Virus record (IMG/VR): IMGVR_UViG_3300035034_002090
Location: 45,238-109,237 of that record
Strand: one strand, 5' to 3'
DNA length: 64,000 bases
Source of the DNA: a virus
Lineage: Duplodnaviria; Heunggongvirae; Uroviricota; Caudoviricetes
Translations under genes and position numbers: made by a program
The notes under the pieces: model-generated
Database searches by the model: none
Told to the model about the DNA's origin: nothing
The model's input: the letters and a program-made list of their open reading frames with translations, nothing else
Shown here: positions 28,759 to 37,810 of the stretch, in pieces
Layout of the letters: each line of letters starts with the position of its first letter
Position numbering within the stretch: position 1 is the stretch's first letter

Positions 28759-29493
28759 ATGGATGCACCCGGCGAAAGCACAAATCATAGGGAAGAGGGC
28801 GCAAAGAAGTTCATGCGCCTCAAGGCTCTTGATTGCTTCGAGAAAGTCCTACAGATGATTCGACACGGCTATCCTTATGCAAGGATCGCTGAGTTCATAC
28901 AAGTCGAGCAGGACGAGTATGAGGACATCACGCGGGACAGCCTTATAAAGACTATTCGCCGATTTGTGGATCAAGAGTTTCACCGCTATGAGGAAACCGT
29001 GGATCGTACGCTGCCTCAGCAGGAGGAATTACCCCCCAAAGATGAGGAAGACGCGCTGGTACGCGCTGAGAAGTCAGAGGCCATCGATGTGCTCAACGAG
29101 TACGGACGCTTGTACCAGCTTCAGGAGCGCAGGATCAATATGGGGATGAAGGCCGAGAAGAAAGCGGGCACCCTCATGAAGGAGGTCGGACAGCAGATTG
29201 AGATCGCTGCACGCCTCCTAGATCATATTGGTGGTTACCAGCAGGACATCGGTATGCTGCCAAAGCAGTCTCAAAAGGTTGATGTAAGCGTTCGCCCTGT
29301 TCGTGAGGGAATGTCTGAGCCGGTCACCGCTAAGATAGCAGGGGACCCAGCAAGCAGGGCTAGGGTATTGAAGTTTATGAAGCTCGCTGGTCGGTTTGAC
29401 CCAAAGCTTATCGAGGATATGAAGGAAGACGAGCTTGATGAAGACATTCTCGACGCTGAGTTTGTAGAGTCAGGAGGGGACACCAATGATTGA
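28759..29493 (+). CDS. putative terminase small subunit
   Basis: Overlaps the start of terL; N-terminal HTH-like segment, helical body. Confidence 0.55.
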   Translation: MDAPGESTNHREEGAKKFMRLKALDCFEKVLQMIRHGYPYARIAEFIQVEQDEYEDITRDSLIKTIRRFVDQEFHRYEETVDRTLPQQEELPPKDEEDALVRAEKSEAIDVLNEYGRLYQLQERRINMGMKAEKKAGTLMKEVGQQIEIAARLLDHIGGYQQDIGMLPKQSQKVDVSVRPVREGMSEPVTAKIAGDPASRARVLKFMKLAGRFDPKLIEDMKEDELDEDILDAEFVESGGDTND

Positions 29494-31480
29494 GGAAGAA
29501 GGAGGAAGGGCGAGGACAGTAAAGACGGATAAGGAGAAGAAACAAGAGGCCGTCAAATTACTTGAATCAATGGATGATGATGAGCGTGCACTGGTTACTC
29601 GTTTTCTTCTGGGCGACGAAAATGCCATAGAGGATATGGAGAGTATCGAGGACCTGCACTATAAGCGAAAGCCTCTGCCCTTCCATGAGTGGGTCGAAGA
29701 CGAGTATTTCAGCGACCCCGCCTCTAAAAACCTATACAAGGTCCTCAAGGAGGATCTGGCTGTCATTTTCGAAGAGGGTTACTTTGAAATCCTTGAGACA
29801 GGGTCGATTGGTTGGGGTAAGTCTTTCTCGGCCGTCACCGGGATGCTTTACTCCATCTACCTTCTTACGTGTCTCAAAGACCCCCATCAGACGTATGGCC
29901 TAGCGGCGGGTGCACCCGTCTACTTTATATTCCTTTCGACAACCAAGCTTCAGGCATCCAGAACAATATTTGAGGACTTCAAGAACAGAATGCAGTCCAT
30001 CGAGTATTTTCAGGATCTAGAAGAAGAGATGAACTTTCACAGCTACTCCGGAAGCTTTGGAGACTGGATGAAGTTTATCTGCATCTCACCCAACTCCACA
30101 GATGCGATTGGACTAAACGTCTTTGGGGGAATTATGGACGAGGTTAACTACGGATCCAACGCGAGGATACTCAAGGGAGAGGACTCCATTAATTCTCGTG
30201 GGAGGCCGGTAACAAAGGTTGAGAAGATTTACGCCAGCATCATTCAGCGTATCAAGTCCAGATTTATGAAGCAGGGGTCCCTCCCCGGGGTCCTGTTCGT
30301 TATATCCTCAAAGAATAACGAAATGGACTTCACAGCGCAGAGGATTTCCGAGGCAAAGAACGACCCTCGCGTGTACGTGATGGATTATGCCCCTTGGGAT
30401 GTTAAGCCTAAGCGGGACTTCTCTGGTAAAAAGTTCAGGGTTTTCTTCGGCGGCAGATCCGCCCCATCTAAGGTCCTAGCTAAAGGTGAAGACCCTCCTT
30501 TCGTAAACGATGACTTAGCTGAAGTTATCGAGATCCCTATCGAGTACCTCAAGGATTTCGAAAGGGACATCGAAACAGCTATCCGAGACATCGCCGGAAA
30601 GCAGGTGCCTAGAATTACCCTCTTCCTTCCTGATAAATCTGTTATTTCTTCGATGTGGAAAGGACGAGAGAATGACGAGCACCCTTACGAGACGGTGGAC
30701 TGGATCTGTGGCAATCCAGCAGGCTTTCGCTGGGACATTTTGTGCGATAGAAAAACACAGGTGCTTGCCGGAAACGTAGAGGAAGACTTTACCCCTAAGA
30801 TCAATCCTGACTCACCCAGACATATTCATATTGACCCCTCAATTGTTGGTGACGCGACTGGAATCTGCATGGGTCACGTCGAGAGGTGGGTTGATGTTGT
30901 TATGAGGGACCGCCAGAACGGCGAGGTGTATAAGGAGCTTAGGCCGCTAATTTATATCGACCTAGTCCTCAGGGTGCTACCTCCGAAGAACGGTGAAATT
31001 GATCAGTCTGAAGTGCGAAGGCTTATATACGAACTTGAGAACCGTGGGTTCATTATCACCTATGTATCCGCCGACTCCTATCAAAGTAGGGGCTCCTTAC
31101 AGCAGCTAAAGAAAAAAGGGTACAAGACTGAGATCCGGAGTCTTGATAGAAAACCAGACGGGTATCTATGCCTAAAGGACGCCCTCAGAGAAGAGCGGGT
31201 GAGATCTTACGAGCACGATGTTTTACGTCATGAGTTGGAAAGATTGAAACGAGACAATGCCACGGGCAAGGTGGATCACCCAAAGAAAGGGAGTAAGGAT
31301 CTATCTGACTCCTTGGCTGGTGTAGTATGGTCACTAACAGAGATCAGGACCGCCGCCCCGGGTTATTTCTTCAGCGAGGATGAAAGCAAGTCATCTCACC
31401 CGCTAGAGCAGTGGGAAGATGTTTCTGGGGGAATGGGTGGTGTAGTTAATCTCGGAACGAATAGCTTCCTCAAAGGGTAA
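29486..31480 (+). CDS. terL: terminase large subunit
   Basis: GSIGWGKS, GIMDEVN, HIHIDPS, DHPKKGSKDLSDS. Confidence 0.92.
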   Translation: MIEEEGGRARTVKTDKEKKQEAVKLLESMDDDERALVTRFLLGDENAIEDMESIEDLHYKRKPLPFHEWVEDEYFSDPASKNLYKVLKEDLAVIFEEGYFEILETGSIGWGKSFSAVTGMLYSIYLLTCLKDPHQTYGLAAGAPVYFIFLSTTKLQASRTIFEDFKNRMQSIEYFQDLEEEMNFHSYSGSFGDWMKFICISPNSTDAIGLNVFGGIMDEVNYGSNARILKGEDSINSRGRPVTKVEKIYASIIQRIKSRFMKQGSLPGVLFVISSKNNEMDFTAQRISEAKNDPRVYVMDYAPWDVKPKRDFSGKKFRVFFGGRSAPSKVLAKGEDPPFVNDDLAEVIEIPIEYLKDFERDIETAIRDIAGKQVPRITLFLPDKSVISSMWKGRENDEHPYETVDWICGNPAGFRWDILCDRKTQVLAGNVEEDFTPKINPDSPRHIHIDPSIVGDATGICMGHVERWVDVVMRDRQNGEVYKELRPLIYIDLVLRVLPPKNGEIDQSEVRRLIYELENRGFIITYVSADSYQSRGSLQQLKKKGYKTEIRSLDRKPDGYLCLKDALREERVRSYEHDVLRHELERLKRDNATGKVDHPKKGSKDLSDSLAGVVWSLTEIRTAAPGYFFSEDESKSSHPLEQWEDVSGGMGGVVNLGTNSFLKG

Positions 31481-31486
31481 GTAGCA

Positions 31487-33247
31487 ATGGGACGAATTCA
31501 AAACGTTTGGAAGCAGGTAAAGGACTTCTTCCAAAAAGACTCGGAGGACATCCGGCAAATCAACAAGGTCCGCTTCCCCCATATGCTTGACAGCCCTTTT
31601 ATGTCAGATCAAGGGTCGATGTCTGACGCTTATGGGGAACAGGTGAGAATCCATCAGGATCTAATCCATAGGTTCAGAGATTATGAACAAATGGATGATT
31701 ATCCGGAGGTCGCCAGTGCATTTGACATATACGCAGATGAGGCAACTCAGCCGGACTTTATTCGAAAAGCTCAGGTCTGGGTCGAGTCGGACAATGACAA
31801 CGTCAACGCCGACCTAAATTATGTTCTACACCATCAACTAAAGGTTCAAGATTGGGCGTGGGAGGCGACGCGCTATCTGTGCAAGTACGGAAACGACTAC
31901 GAGCGTATATTCGTCAATGAAAACGGAGTGGTAGCTACACAGCCTCTACCGGTTGCGTCGACGAGGCGAGTGCATGATGAGATGGGAGAGCTTGCCGGTT
32001 TTGTTGTTTCTCACCGGTACGCCAACCCGGGTGTGACGACAAGCCAGTTCCGTGGCCTTATCAACCAGAGGGACTCTGGCCATTTCAACAGGGACTTCAG
32101 GGCAACGCGAGGTGCAGGTGACCTCATGGCCTTCGAGAATTGGGAGGTGTCTCACTTTAGGATCGTCGGCAAGAACCGCATGAGCAGGTACGGCTATGGG
32201 GTTGCTGAGAGCGCCAGATGGCCGTTTAAGCGCCTCACCATGATGGAAGACGCGGCCGTGGTTCACAAGCTGACGAGAGCGCCTTCTAGGTATGCATTTT
32301 ACGTGGACACCGGGGAGATGCCGCCACAGCAGGCCATGCAGCAGGTCCGTAAAGTCCGCGACATGTACAAGAAGCAGCGTATCGTCAACCCAAAGACGAA
32401 CAAGCTAGACACTACCTTCAACCCGCTTGCGATTGATGAAGACCTCTTCATCCCGGTTCACAGGGAGCGTGGAGAGCAGGTTCGAGTAGATACGCTTCAG
32501 GGTTCCGGATACCAGTCGATGGAAGATGTCGACTACTTTCGGAAAAAGCTAGGTCGTGCGCTAAAAATCCCAAGTTTCGCTCAGGACGATCAGGCTCAAA
32601 GACAGCCCCTCAGTTTCGAGGACATTCGTTTTGCCTCGGCGATTATGCGCATTCAAGCTGCGATGACCCAAGGTTTCCGAAAGATCTTGGACGTGCACTT
32701 GATTGCGACCGGCAGGAGCCCATCAGATTTCCCCTACAAGGTTATGATGACGGTGCCTTCAGCCATCCTTGAGTTGGCTAGAATTGAGGTAATGAGCGCC
32801 AAGAGTGACTTCATGAGCAGAATGCAGGAGCACGTAAGCGTCCGCTGGATGCTGGTGAATCTGTTTGGCTTCAGTGAGCAAGAGTCCGTCAACTTGATGG
32901 TCATGCGCGAGGAAGAACGTGATATGTCTTCGGCCGCACAGACGGAGAGGGAAGTCCAGCGTGAGAAGCTGATGAATAAGCTAAGGGAATCGAAGAACCT
33001 CAGTGAGGCAGAAATTAAGCGCGTTGAGAAAAGGCTTCAAGCCGAGGACGGCCGCGAGAGACTCAAAGAAATGCACGGATCCAAGGGCGTCTCCGAACAG
33101 GCTTACTTCGCAGGGAGGAACGATCTAGATCCAACGAGAGTAATCGAGGATATGCAGAGGCGAGACCCGGAGCTGTTCAATCGACTTAACCAGCTCAGAC
33201 AAATGCTAGAAGAGATCAGGGCACACAGCGCCTTCAGGAGGGGATGA
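31487..33247 (+). CDS. portal protein (T4 gp20-like)
   Basis: YEQMDDYPEVASAFDIYADEAT, RAPSRYAFYVDTG, EDLFIP, DVDYFRKKL. Confidence 0.92.
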   Translation: MGRIQNVWKQVKDFFQKDSEDIRQINKVRFPHMLDSPFMSDQGSMSDAYGEQVRIHQDLIHRFRDYEQMDDYPEVASAFDIYADEATQPDFIRKAQVWVESDNDNVNADLNYVLHHQLKVQDWAWEATRYLCKYGNDYERIFVNENGVVATQPLPVASTRRVHDEMGELAGFVVSHRYANPGVTTSQFRGLINQRDSGHFNRDFRATRGAGDLMAFENWEVSHFRIVGKNRMSRYGYGVAESARWPFKRLTMMEDAAVVHKLTRAPSRYAFYVDTGEMPPQQAMQQVRKVRDMYKKQRIVNPKTNKLDTTFNPLAIDEDLFIPVHRERGEQVRVDTLQGSGYQSMEDVDYFRKKLGRALKIPSFAQDDQAQRQPLSFEDIRFASAIMRIQAAMTQGFRKILDVHLIATGRSPSDFPYKVMMTVPSAILELARIEVMSAKSDFMSRMQEHVSVRWMLVNLFGFSEQESVNLMVMREEERDMSSAAQTEREVQREKLMNKLRESKNLSEAEIKRVEKRLQAEDGRERLKEMHGSKGVSEQAYFAGRNDLDPTRVIEDMQRRDPELFNRLNQLRQMLEEIRAHSAFRRG

Positions 33248-34083
33248 TGAACAAAGACGAGAAGCACATCATACCAAGCAGGCTCGATAAGCTAATGGAG
33301 GGCCGCCTTGAGGACTTTTTATCGCGTGTTGAAGAAAGCGTATATCTGCAAGGTAATGAGATTGGCTCAGACTTGAGAGTCATTGGGACATTCTTAGATC
33401 ACGCGTTGGTATGTACCGAGGACAATCGCGTGTTTCGCCTCGGTCTAGGCTCTGATGGTGAAGTCGCCTCGGTTCAGGAGCAAGACCAGTCGGTATTATT
33501 TGGTGGGTCGAAAGAGTTTTCGAGAGAGATATTAGAGCGTTTGGAGAGTCTGTCCTCTCAAGTGGACTCTGATCCGGAGGCTCTACGGGAGTACAGCAGG
33601 CTGATCGTCAGTGAAGAGCGACGATGGTTCTTTGACGCTCTCTTGAGCGAGGTTGAGGATCTTATGTCAGAGTACCGCAAGTGGAAGACACTTGCCTCTG
33701 AGGTGAGTCGCTCCATGCTTGCTGAGGCTATGGAGTCCCTTCCTCACGACCCTCACCTTCAAGAGGAACGAGAAGCCATACAAAATGCTTCAGCGTACCG
33801 TGACTGGAAGGCCGTCTTAGAGTCTCTATCAAAAACAGCATATAACTTGATTCCGGAAGATACTTGCGAAATTCTTGAATCTAAGTCGGAGTACGCCGAC
33901 GCTTATTCCGAGTTACGGTCTGATGTGATGCGTGTAGAGCAAGTCCTTTCTTCGGTTAGTCGTTTCGCTCGATTCGCACCATCAGATCAACTTAGTCTAT
34001 TAAGCGAGCGAACACGTAATGCGCTCACAGAAATTTCCAGAGCGCGTGTGGCGATAGGAGTCAACACCCATGAGTCAAGATAA
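33244..34083 (+). CDS. putative prohead core/internal protein
   Basis: Between portal and protease; helical; several x-x-E-S/G sites. Confidence 0.55.
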   Translation: MMNKDEKHIIPSRLDKLMEGRLEDFLSRVEESVYLQGNEIGSDLRVIGTFLDHALVCTEDNRVFRLGLGSDGEVASVQEQDQSVLFGGSKEFSREILERLESLSSQVDSDPEALREYSRLIVSEERRWFFDALLSEVEDLMSEYRKWKTLASEVSRSMLAEAMESLPHDPHLQEEREAIQNASAYRDWKAVLESLSKTAYNLIPEDTCEILESKSEYADAYSELRSDVMRVEQVLSSVSRFARFAPSDQLSLLSERTRNALTEISRARVAIGVNTHESR

Positions 34084-35233
34084 TCTGAAAGAGCAGATCG
34101 GCATTACCTTCGGTGATCTGTTGAATAACAGTCTGGCTATCAATAGCCATCTCAGCAAGATCAAAGAATCCGAGGACAAGTCGAAAGGCAAGTCCAAAAA
34201 GGATGAAAAGGATGAAGAGGAAGGCGAAGAGCAGCAGGAGGCCATTGCCGCTGTAGCCAAACCTCTTAAACCTGTCTCTGATCCCCCTGCGTCTAAGACC
34301 GTAGGAACCAAGGGTCAGGAAGGCTCTCCCGGTGGTCACGAGGGTCAGTACGACAGCGAGGACGGCGAGGAAGGCGATGTTGATCACCCGGAGCAGTACG
34401 GAGACTACGAAGGTCTAGATACTCCAGATCCGGACAATCCATCCTATGAAAGCCGCACTGCTATCGATGACTACATTGATTTGTGGCATGAAAGCAAGGA
34501 CGAGGAAGAGGAAGAGGAAGACGACGATGATGATGACGATGATGATGACGACGAGGTAGAAGAGTCGTTTGATTACGGCTTTGACGATGACCTTGTCGAA
34601 GACACTTTCGAAATCAGCATTCAGGAAGCCTACAGTTTTCTGGCTGAGTGCTATGACCTCGGCATCATCGATGATGACCCCGACTTCTTGGATGAAGATG
34701 AGATCCTAGAAGCCACAAAGACAGTTCGAAGAGTGGTCGGCGGATCTGTCAAAAAGGTCAAACAGAAAAAGTACACCGCCAAGCAGAAGCGAAAAGCGCG
34801 TACCAGATACAAGAAGAATAAGAGCAAGATCAAGCGCCAACGCAAGAAGCGGAACAAGAAGTCCTCGACTAAGCGACGAAAGAAGAAGCTCAGCCGAAAG
34901 GAGTCGCGTCGTGTCGTCCGAAGAAAGGATGACGTATTGGCTGAAGGTGACGACCTAGAAGAGTCTCGATTCGACTCTCGACCTCGAAGTGAGATCACCA
35001 CGGTGAAACCGCTTGGTCGCTCTATCGAGGACCTCCGATCCAGCTCGCGAGTTGCCTCTAAGGCAATCCGCATGTCAGAGGACCGGGTTGTATCTGAAAG
35101 CCTTCGCACCTTTGTCGATCATTGTCGAGATCTTATCGATGAGGCTAATGAGGGAAACTTGGACGAGGCGACGTTGGATCGCCTCTCCAATCAGGCCCTG
35201 TCCATCGCCATGGATGCGACATCGAATCTGTAG
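34070..35233 (+). CDS. putative prohead core protein with poly-acidic and poly-basic blocks
   Basis: E/D run then K/R run; position equivalent to T4 gp67/gp68. Confidence 0.65.
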   Translation: MSQDNLKEQIGITFGDLLNNSLAINSHLSKIKESEDKSKGKSKKDEKDEEEGEEQQEAIAAVAKPLKPVSDPPASKTVGTKGQEGSPGGHEGQYDSEDGEEGDVDHPEQYGDYEGLDTPDPDNPSYESRTAIDDYIDLWHESKDEEEEEEDDDDDDDDDDDEVEESFDYGFDDDLVEDTFEISIQEAYSFLAECYDLGIIDDDPDFLDEDEILEATKTVRRVVGGSVKKVKQKKYTAKQKRKARTRYKKNKSKIKRQRKKRNKKSSTKRRKKKLSRKESRRVVRRKDDVLAEGDDLEESRFDSRPRSEITTVKPLGRSIEDLRSSSRVASKAIRMSEDRVVSESLRTFVDHCRDLIDEANEGNLDEATLDRLSNQALSIAMDATSNL

Positions 35234-35517
35234 TCGAGCGCATAACCCGGTTTGTCGAAGAGGCCAAAAAGAAGCGAAAAAAAGAGCCTAAGACAGACCG
35301 GGACCGTGAGGATGAAAAAGAGAAAGGCGGTGGGAAGCGAAAGCGACGCACTGCCTACTCTTCCGGCCGGAGAGAAAAGCTGGGCTTCCGAACGAAACGA
35401 CCTTCAGTCCGTAACAAGGTAAAGAAAGCCCTTGGGACCGGCAACAAGAAGAAGACTAGGAAGAGAGTCATCTCTGGCACGCCGCACGCATCGAATCACC
35501 GATGGCGTAAACACTAG
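35152..35517 (+). CDS. -1 frame extension of the 34070 gene (no own start codon); very basic
   Basis: Frame open from the G GGA AAC heptamer to TAG 35515-35517; encodes IESVVERITRFVEEAKKKRKK...RWRKH. Confidence 0.6.
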   Translation, partial: GKLGRGDVGSPLQSGPVHRHGCDIESVVERITRFVEEAKKKRKKEPKTDRDREDEKEKGGGKRKRRTAYSSGRREKLGFRTKRPSVRNKVKKALGTGNKKKTRKRVISGTPHASNHRWRKH

Positions 35518-35542
35518 AAACAACTGATCGCTTAATACCTTT

Positions 35543-35574
35543 GAAGAGGGGCCATCCGGCCCCTCTTCCTTTTT
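35543..35574 (+). terminator. intrinsic terminator
   Basis: GAAGAGGGGCC-ATCC-GGCCCCTCTTC-CTTTTT; lies just after the -1 frame stop. Confidence 0.85.
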
Positions 35575-35583
35575 ACCCTCCTA

Positions 35584-35607
35584 AAAGTTGTTTCAGAGTT
35601 CCGACCC
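35584..35607 (+). promoter_or_regulatory. candidate late promoter/operator, copy 1
   Basis: AAAGTTGTTTCAG-N6-GACCC; 98 nt between the 13-mer and the ATG at 35695. Confidence 0.55.
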
Positions 35608-35694
35608 GTGTTTCCTCGATGAGTATCGCCCTGTGAAGTGGGCGTGAGTTTGCACTTTCGAGTCGACTACGTTTGACCGACACGGGAAGGTCCT

Positions 35695-37761
35695 ATGTCC
35701 CACAGAAAAGTTTTACATGACGGCTTCGCTCCGCTGAAGCTGAAAATTCAAGAGAGTACAGGCGACCGCCTGATCGCAACCGGCGAATTTGGCCGATGCG
35801 GAGACCCCACTGCTAACGGCAGGGTCTATCCGCGTAACCTGATGGAGCGTGAAGTCAAGCGCCTGTCGAACAAGCTCGAAGGCAGAGCGCTTTATGGGGA
35901 GCTGGACCATCCTGATGATGGCAAAACCCTCTTAAAACGAGTCAGCCACATTATCACGGGCCTAACCATCGAAAATGATGGTCGAGTTATTGGCACCCTA
36001 GAGGTCCTTGAGGATACCGAGAACGGACGACAGCTCAAAGGCTTGGTTGAGTCAGGAGTTGCCCTTGGTGTTAGCTCCAGAGGCTTGGGGTCCGTTAAGA
36101 AAATGAACGGCAAATCTGTGGTTCAAGAGGACTTTCGTCTTCTTACCTACGATGTCGTTGCCGATCCCGCCGTTGCAACAGCACAGCCAGATTACACCCG
36201 AGAAGAAGAAGAGTACGGCGACGAGGGAGAGGTCGTCCTTGCTGCCGAGTCAGATGACGCGGCCAGTAAAGAAGACGCTTCTTCAGAAGCTACCAGCGAG
36301 GATACCAAAATGGATCTTGATACTTTCAAGGCAGATAATCCTGAGATCGTATCTCAGCTCGAAGAGGACTTCCGAAGTAAAGCTGAGAGCCAAGAGGAAC
36401 CCGCTTCCACGGACAGCTTGTCAGAGCGCTTCCAGAAGGAGCTTCAGTCAGCAAGAGAAGAGATTGAGGCAAGATTTGCGGATGGCCTCGAACAGGCTAT
36501 CGCTGAGGCCCGAGAGGAAGAGCGCAATAAGCTAGCCAAGAAGGTTTCGGAGTCATCTGGCGAGGCTTCTGTCGAGAAGATTAAGGCGATTGCCGCTGAT
36601 CTGGTTACTCCAGACCAAATCTCGGAGAGCCACAAAAAGGAGCTTGGTGCTCTACAGAAGAGTATCTCCGAGCTTAGGTCTGAGACTGAATCAAAGGATC
36701 TTTACATCGAAGAGCTTCAGGATTCCCTTCTGGAGAGTGGGATGGCTTATGCGCTTCTCACACACATGCCACATATCTCTGAAGAGCATCAAGAGCACTT
36801 TGTCGAAATGGTAGGGGACCTATCCACCTACAATACTGTCGAAAGTCTTGAGAAGCGGGCTGATGCTGTCGCCGAGGAATTTAGGCGTACGGGACGATAC
36901 CTCGATAGTTCCGCATCTCTCTCTAAGAAGTTGGACGAAGCTCAGGCGAGGGTTGAAGAGGCTGAGGGCACGCAGGAAAGCCTACAACTTAGGCTTGAGG
37001 AATATGAAAGCGTTCTTCTGGATGCTCAGGATGAAATTACCTCCCTTAGAGAGTCCAATGAAGCCGCAGAATTGGAGCTAGAGTCTCTGGCCGAGGCCCT
37101 CGAAGAATCTGAGGACGAACTAATCGCTGAACGTGCAGAAGTAGATGAGCTTTATGAGCTTCTCGCGGAAGCTGATGAAGAGGTCGAAGAGTATGTCGAC
37201 ATGCTCGACGAAGCCAAAGAGGCCATTGCCCAGAGGGAGGTACTCATCGAGCAGCGTGACGACCTAATCATAAAGCAAAGAGACGCCATTAATGAGAGCG
37301 AGAAGATCGTATCCGATCTTCAGGTCCGCCTCGAAGAGACTGAGCTTGATAAATATAGGGTGGAGAGCGCCATCGGGGCACGCAATCCCAATGAGACAAT
37401 CCGACAGCTCAAAGAAGCGAATTCCTTCGAAGAGGTAGACAATCTTTTGGAAGGCCGCCGCAGCAACCGAACAGCTAAGCCAGCCCCGGTAGGATCCACA
37501 AGCAACACAGGCGCGGATCCTATTATGGAGGAAAACGTCCGAGACAGCATCATGAGTGTCGTCGAGGGTGAATTCCCTAAGGTCTCTGGGATTATCAAAA
37601 ATGGCTCCGAGGCGGGATTGATCTCAGAAAATGAAAAAAAATTGGAATCTGAAAATTCAAGACCAAACAATGGTCTTCGAAGCAACGGGACAGCTAGCCA
37701 AAAAGCCAGCATCCCGGGAATAGACCCCGCTACGATGAACCGAATTCTGAGCGGAAGTTAA
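35695..37761 (+). CDS. prohead protease (T4 gp21-like) fused to coiled-coil scaffold
   Basis: NGRVYP, GELDHP, VSHII, GVSSRGLGS, YDVVADP; long acidic coiled coil. Confidence 0.92.
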   Translation: MSHRKVLHDGFAPLKLKIQESTGDRLIATGEFGRCGDPTANGRVYPRNLMEREVKRLSNKLEGRALYGELDHPDDGKTLLKRVSHIITGLTIENDGRVIGTLEVLEDTENGRQLKGLVESGVALGVSSRGLGSVKKMNGKSVVQEDFRLLTYDVVADPAVATAQPDYTREEEEYGDEGEVVLAAESDDAASKEDASSEATSEDTKMDLDTFKADNPEIVSQLEEDFRSKAESQEEPASTDSLSERFQKELQSAREEIEARFADGLEQAIAEAREEERNKLAKKVSESSGEASVEKIKAIAADLVTPDQISESHKKELGALQKSISELRSETESKDLYIEELQDSLLESGMAYALLTHMPHISEEHQEHFVEMVGDLSTYNTVESLEKRADAVAEEFRRTGRYLDSSASLSKKLDEAQARVEEAEGTQESLQLRLEEYESVLLDAQDEITSLRESNEAAELELESLAEALEESEDELIAERAEVDELYELLAEADEEVEEYVDMLDEAKEAIAQREVLIEQRDDLIIKQRDAINESEKIVSDLQVRLEETELDKYRVESAIGARNPNETIRQLKEANSFEEVDNLLEGRRSNRTAKPAPVGSTSNTGADPIMEENVRDSIMSVVEGEFPKVSGIIKNGSEAGLISENEKKLESENSRPNNGLRSNGTASQKASIPGIDPATMNRILSGS

Positions 37762-37810
37762 ACAACCGATAATGCTCCGTAGGGAGCTTGTCATAGATGG
37801 GAGCAAGACC

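Noticed and set aside
34500-34560. GAT/GAC/GAA microsatellite-like repeat
   Set aside because: Explained by poly-Asp/Glu coding
35165-35190. H-type pseudoknot (loop TTGGA pairing with TCCAA)
   Set aside because: Zero-nucleotide connecting loop makes it sterically implausible; treated as a simple hairpin
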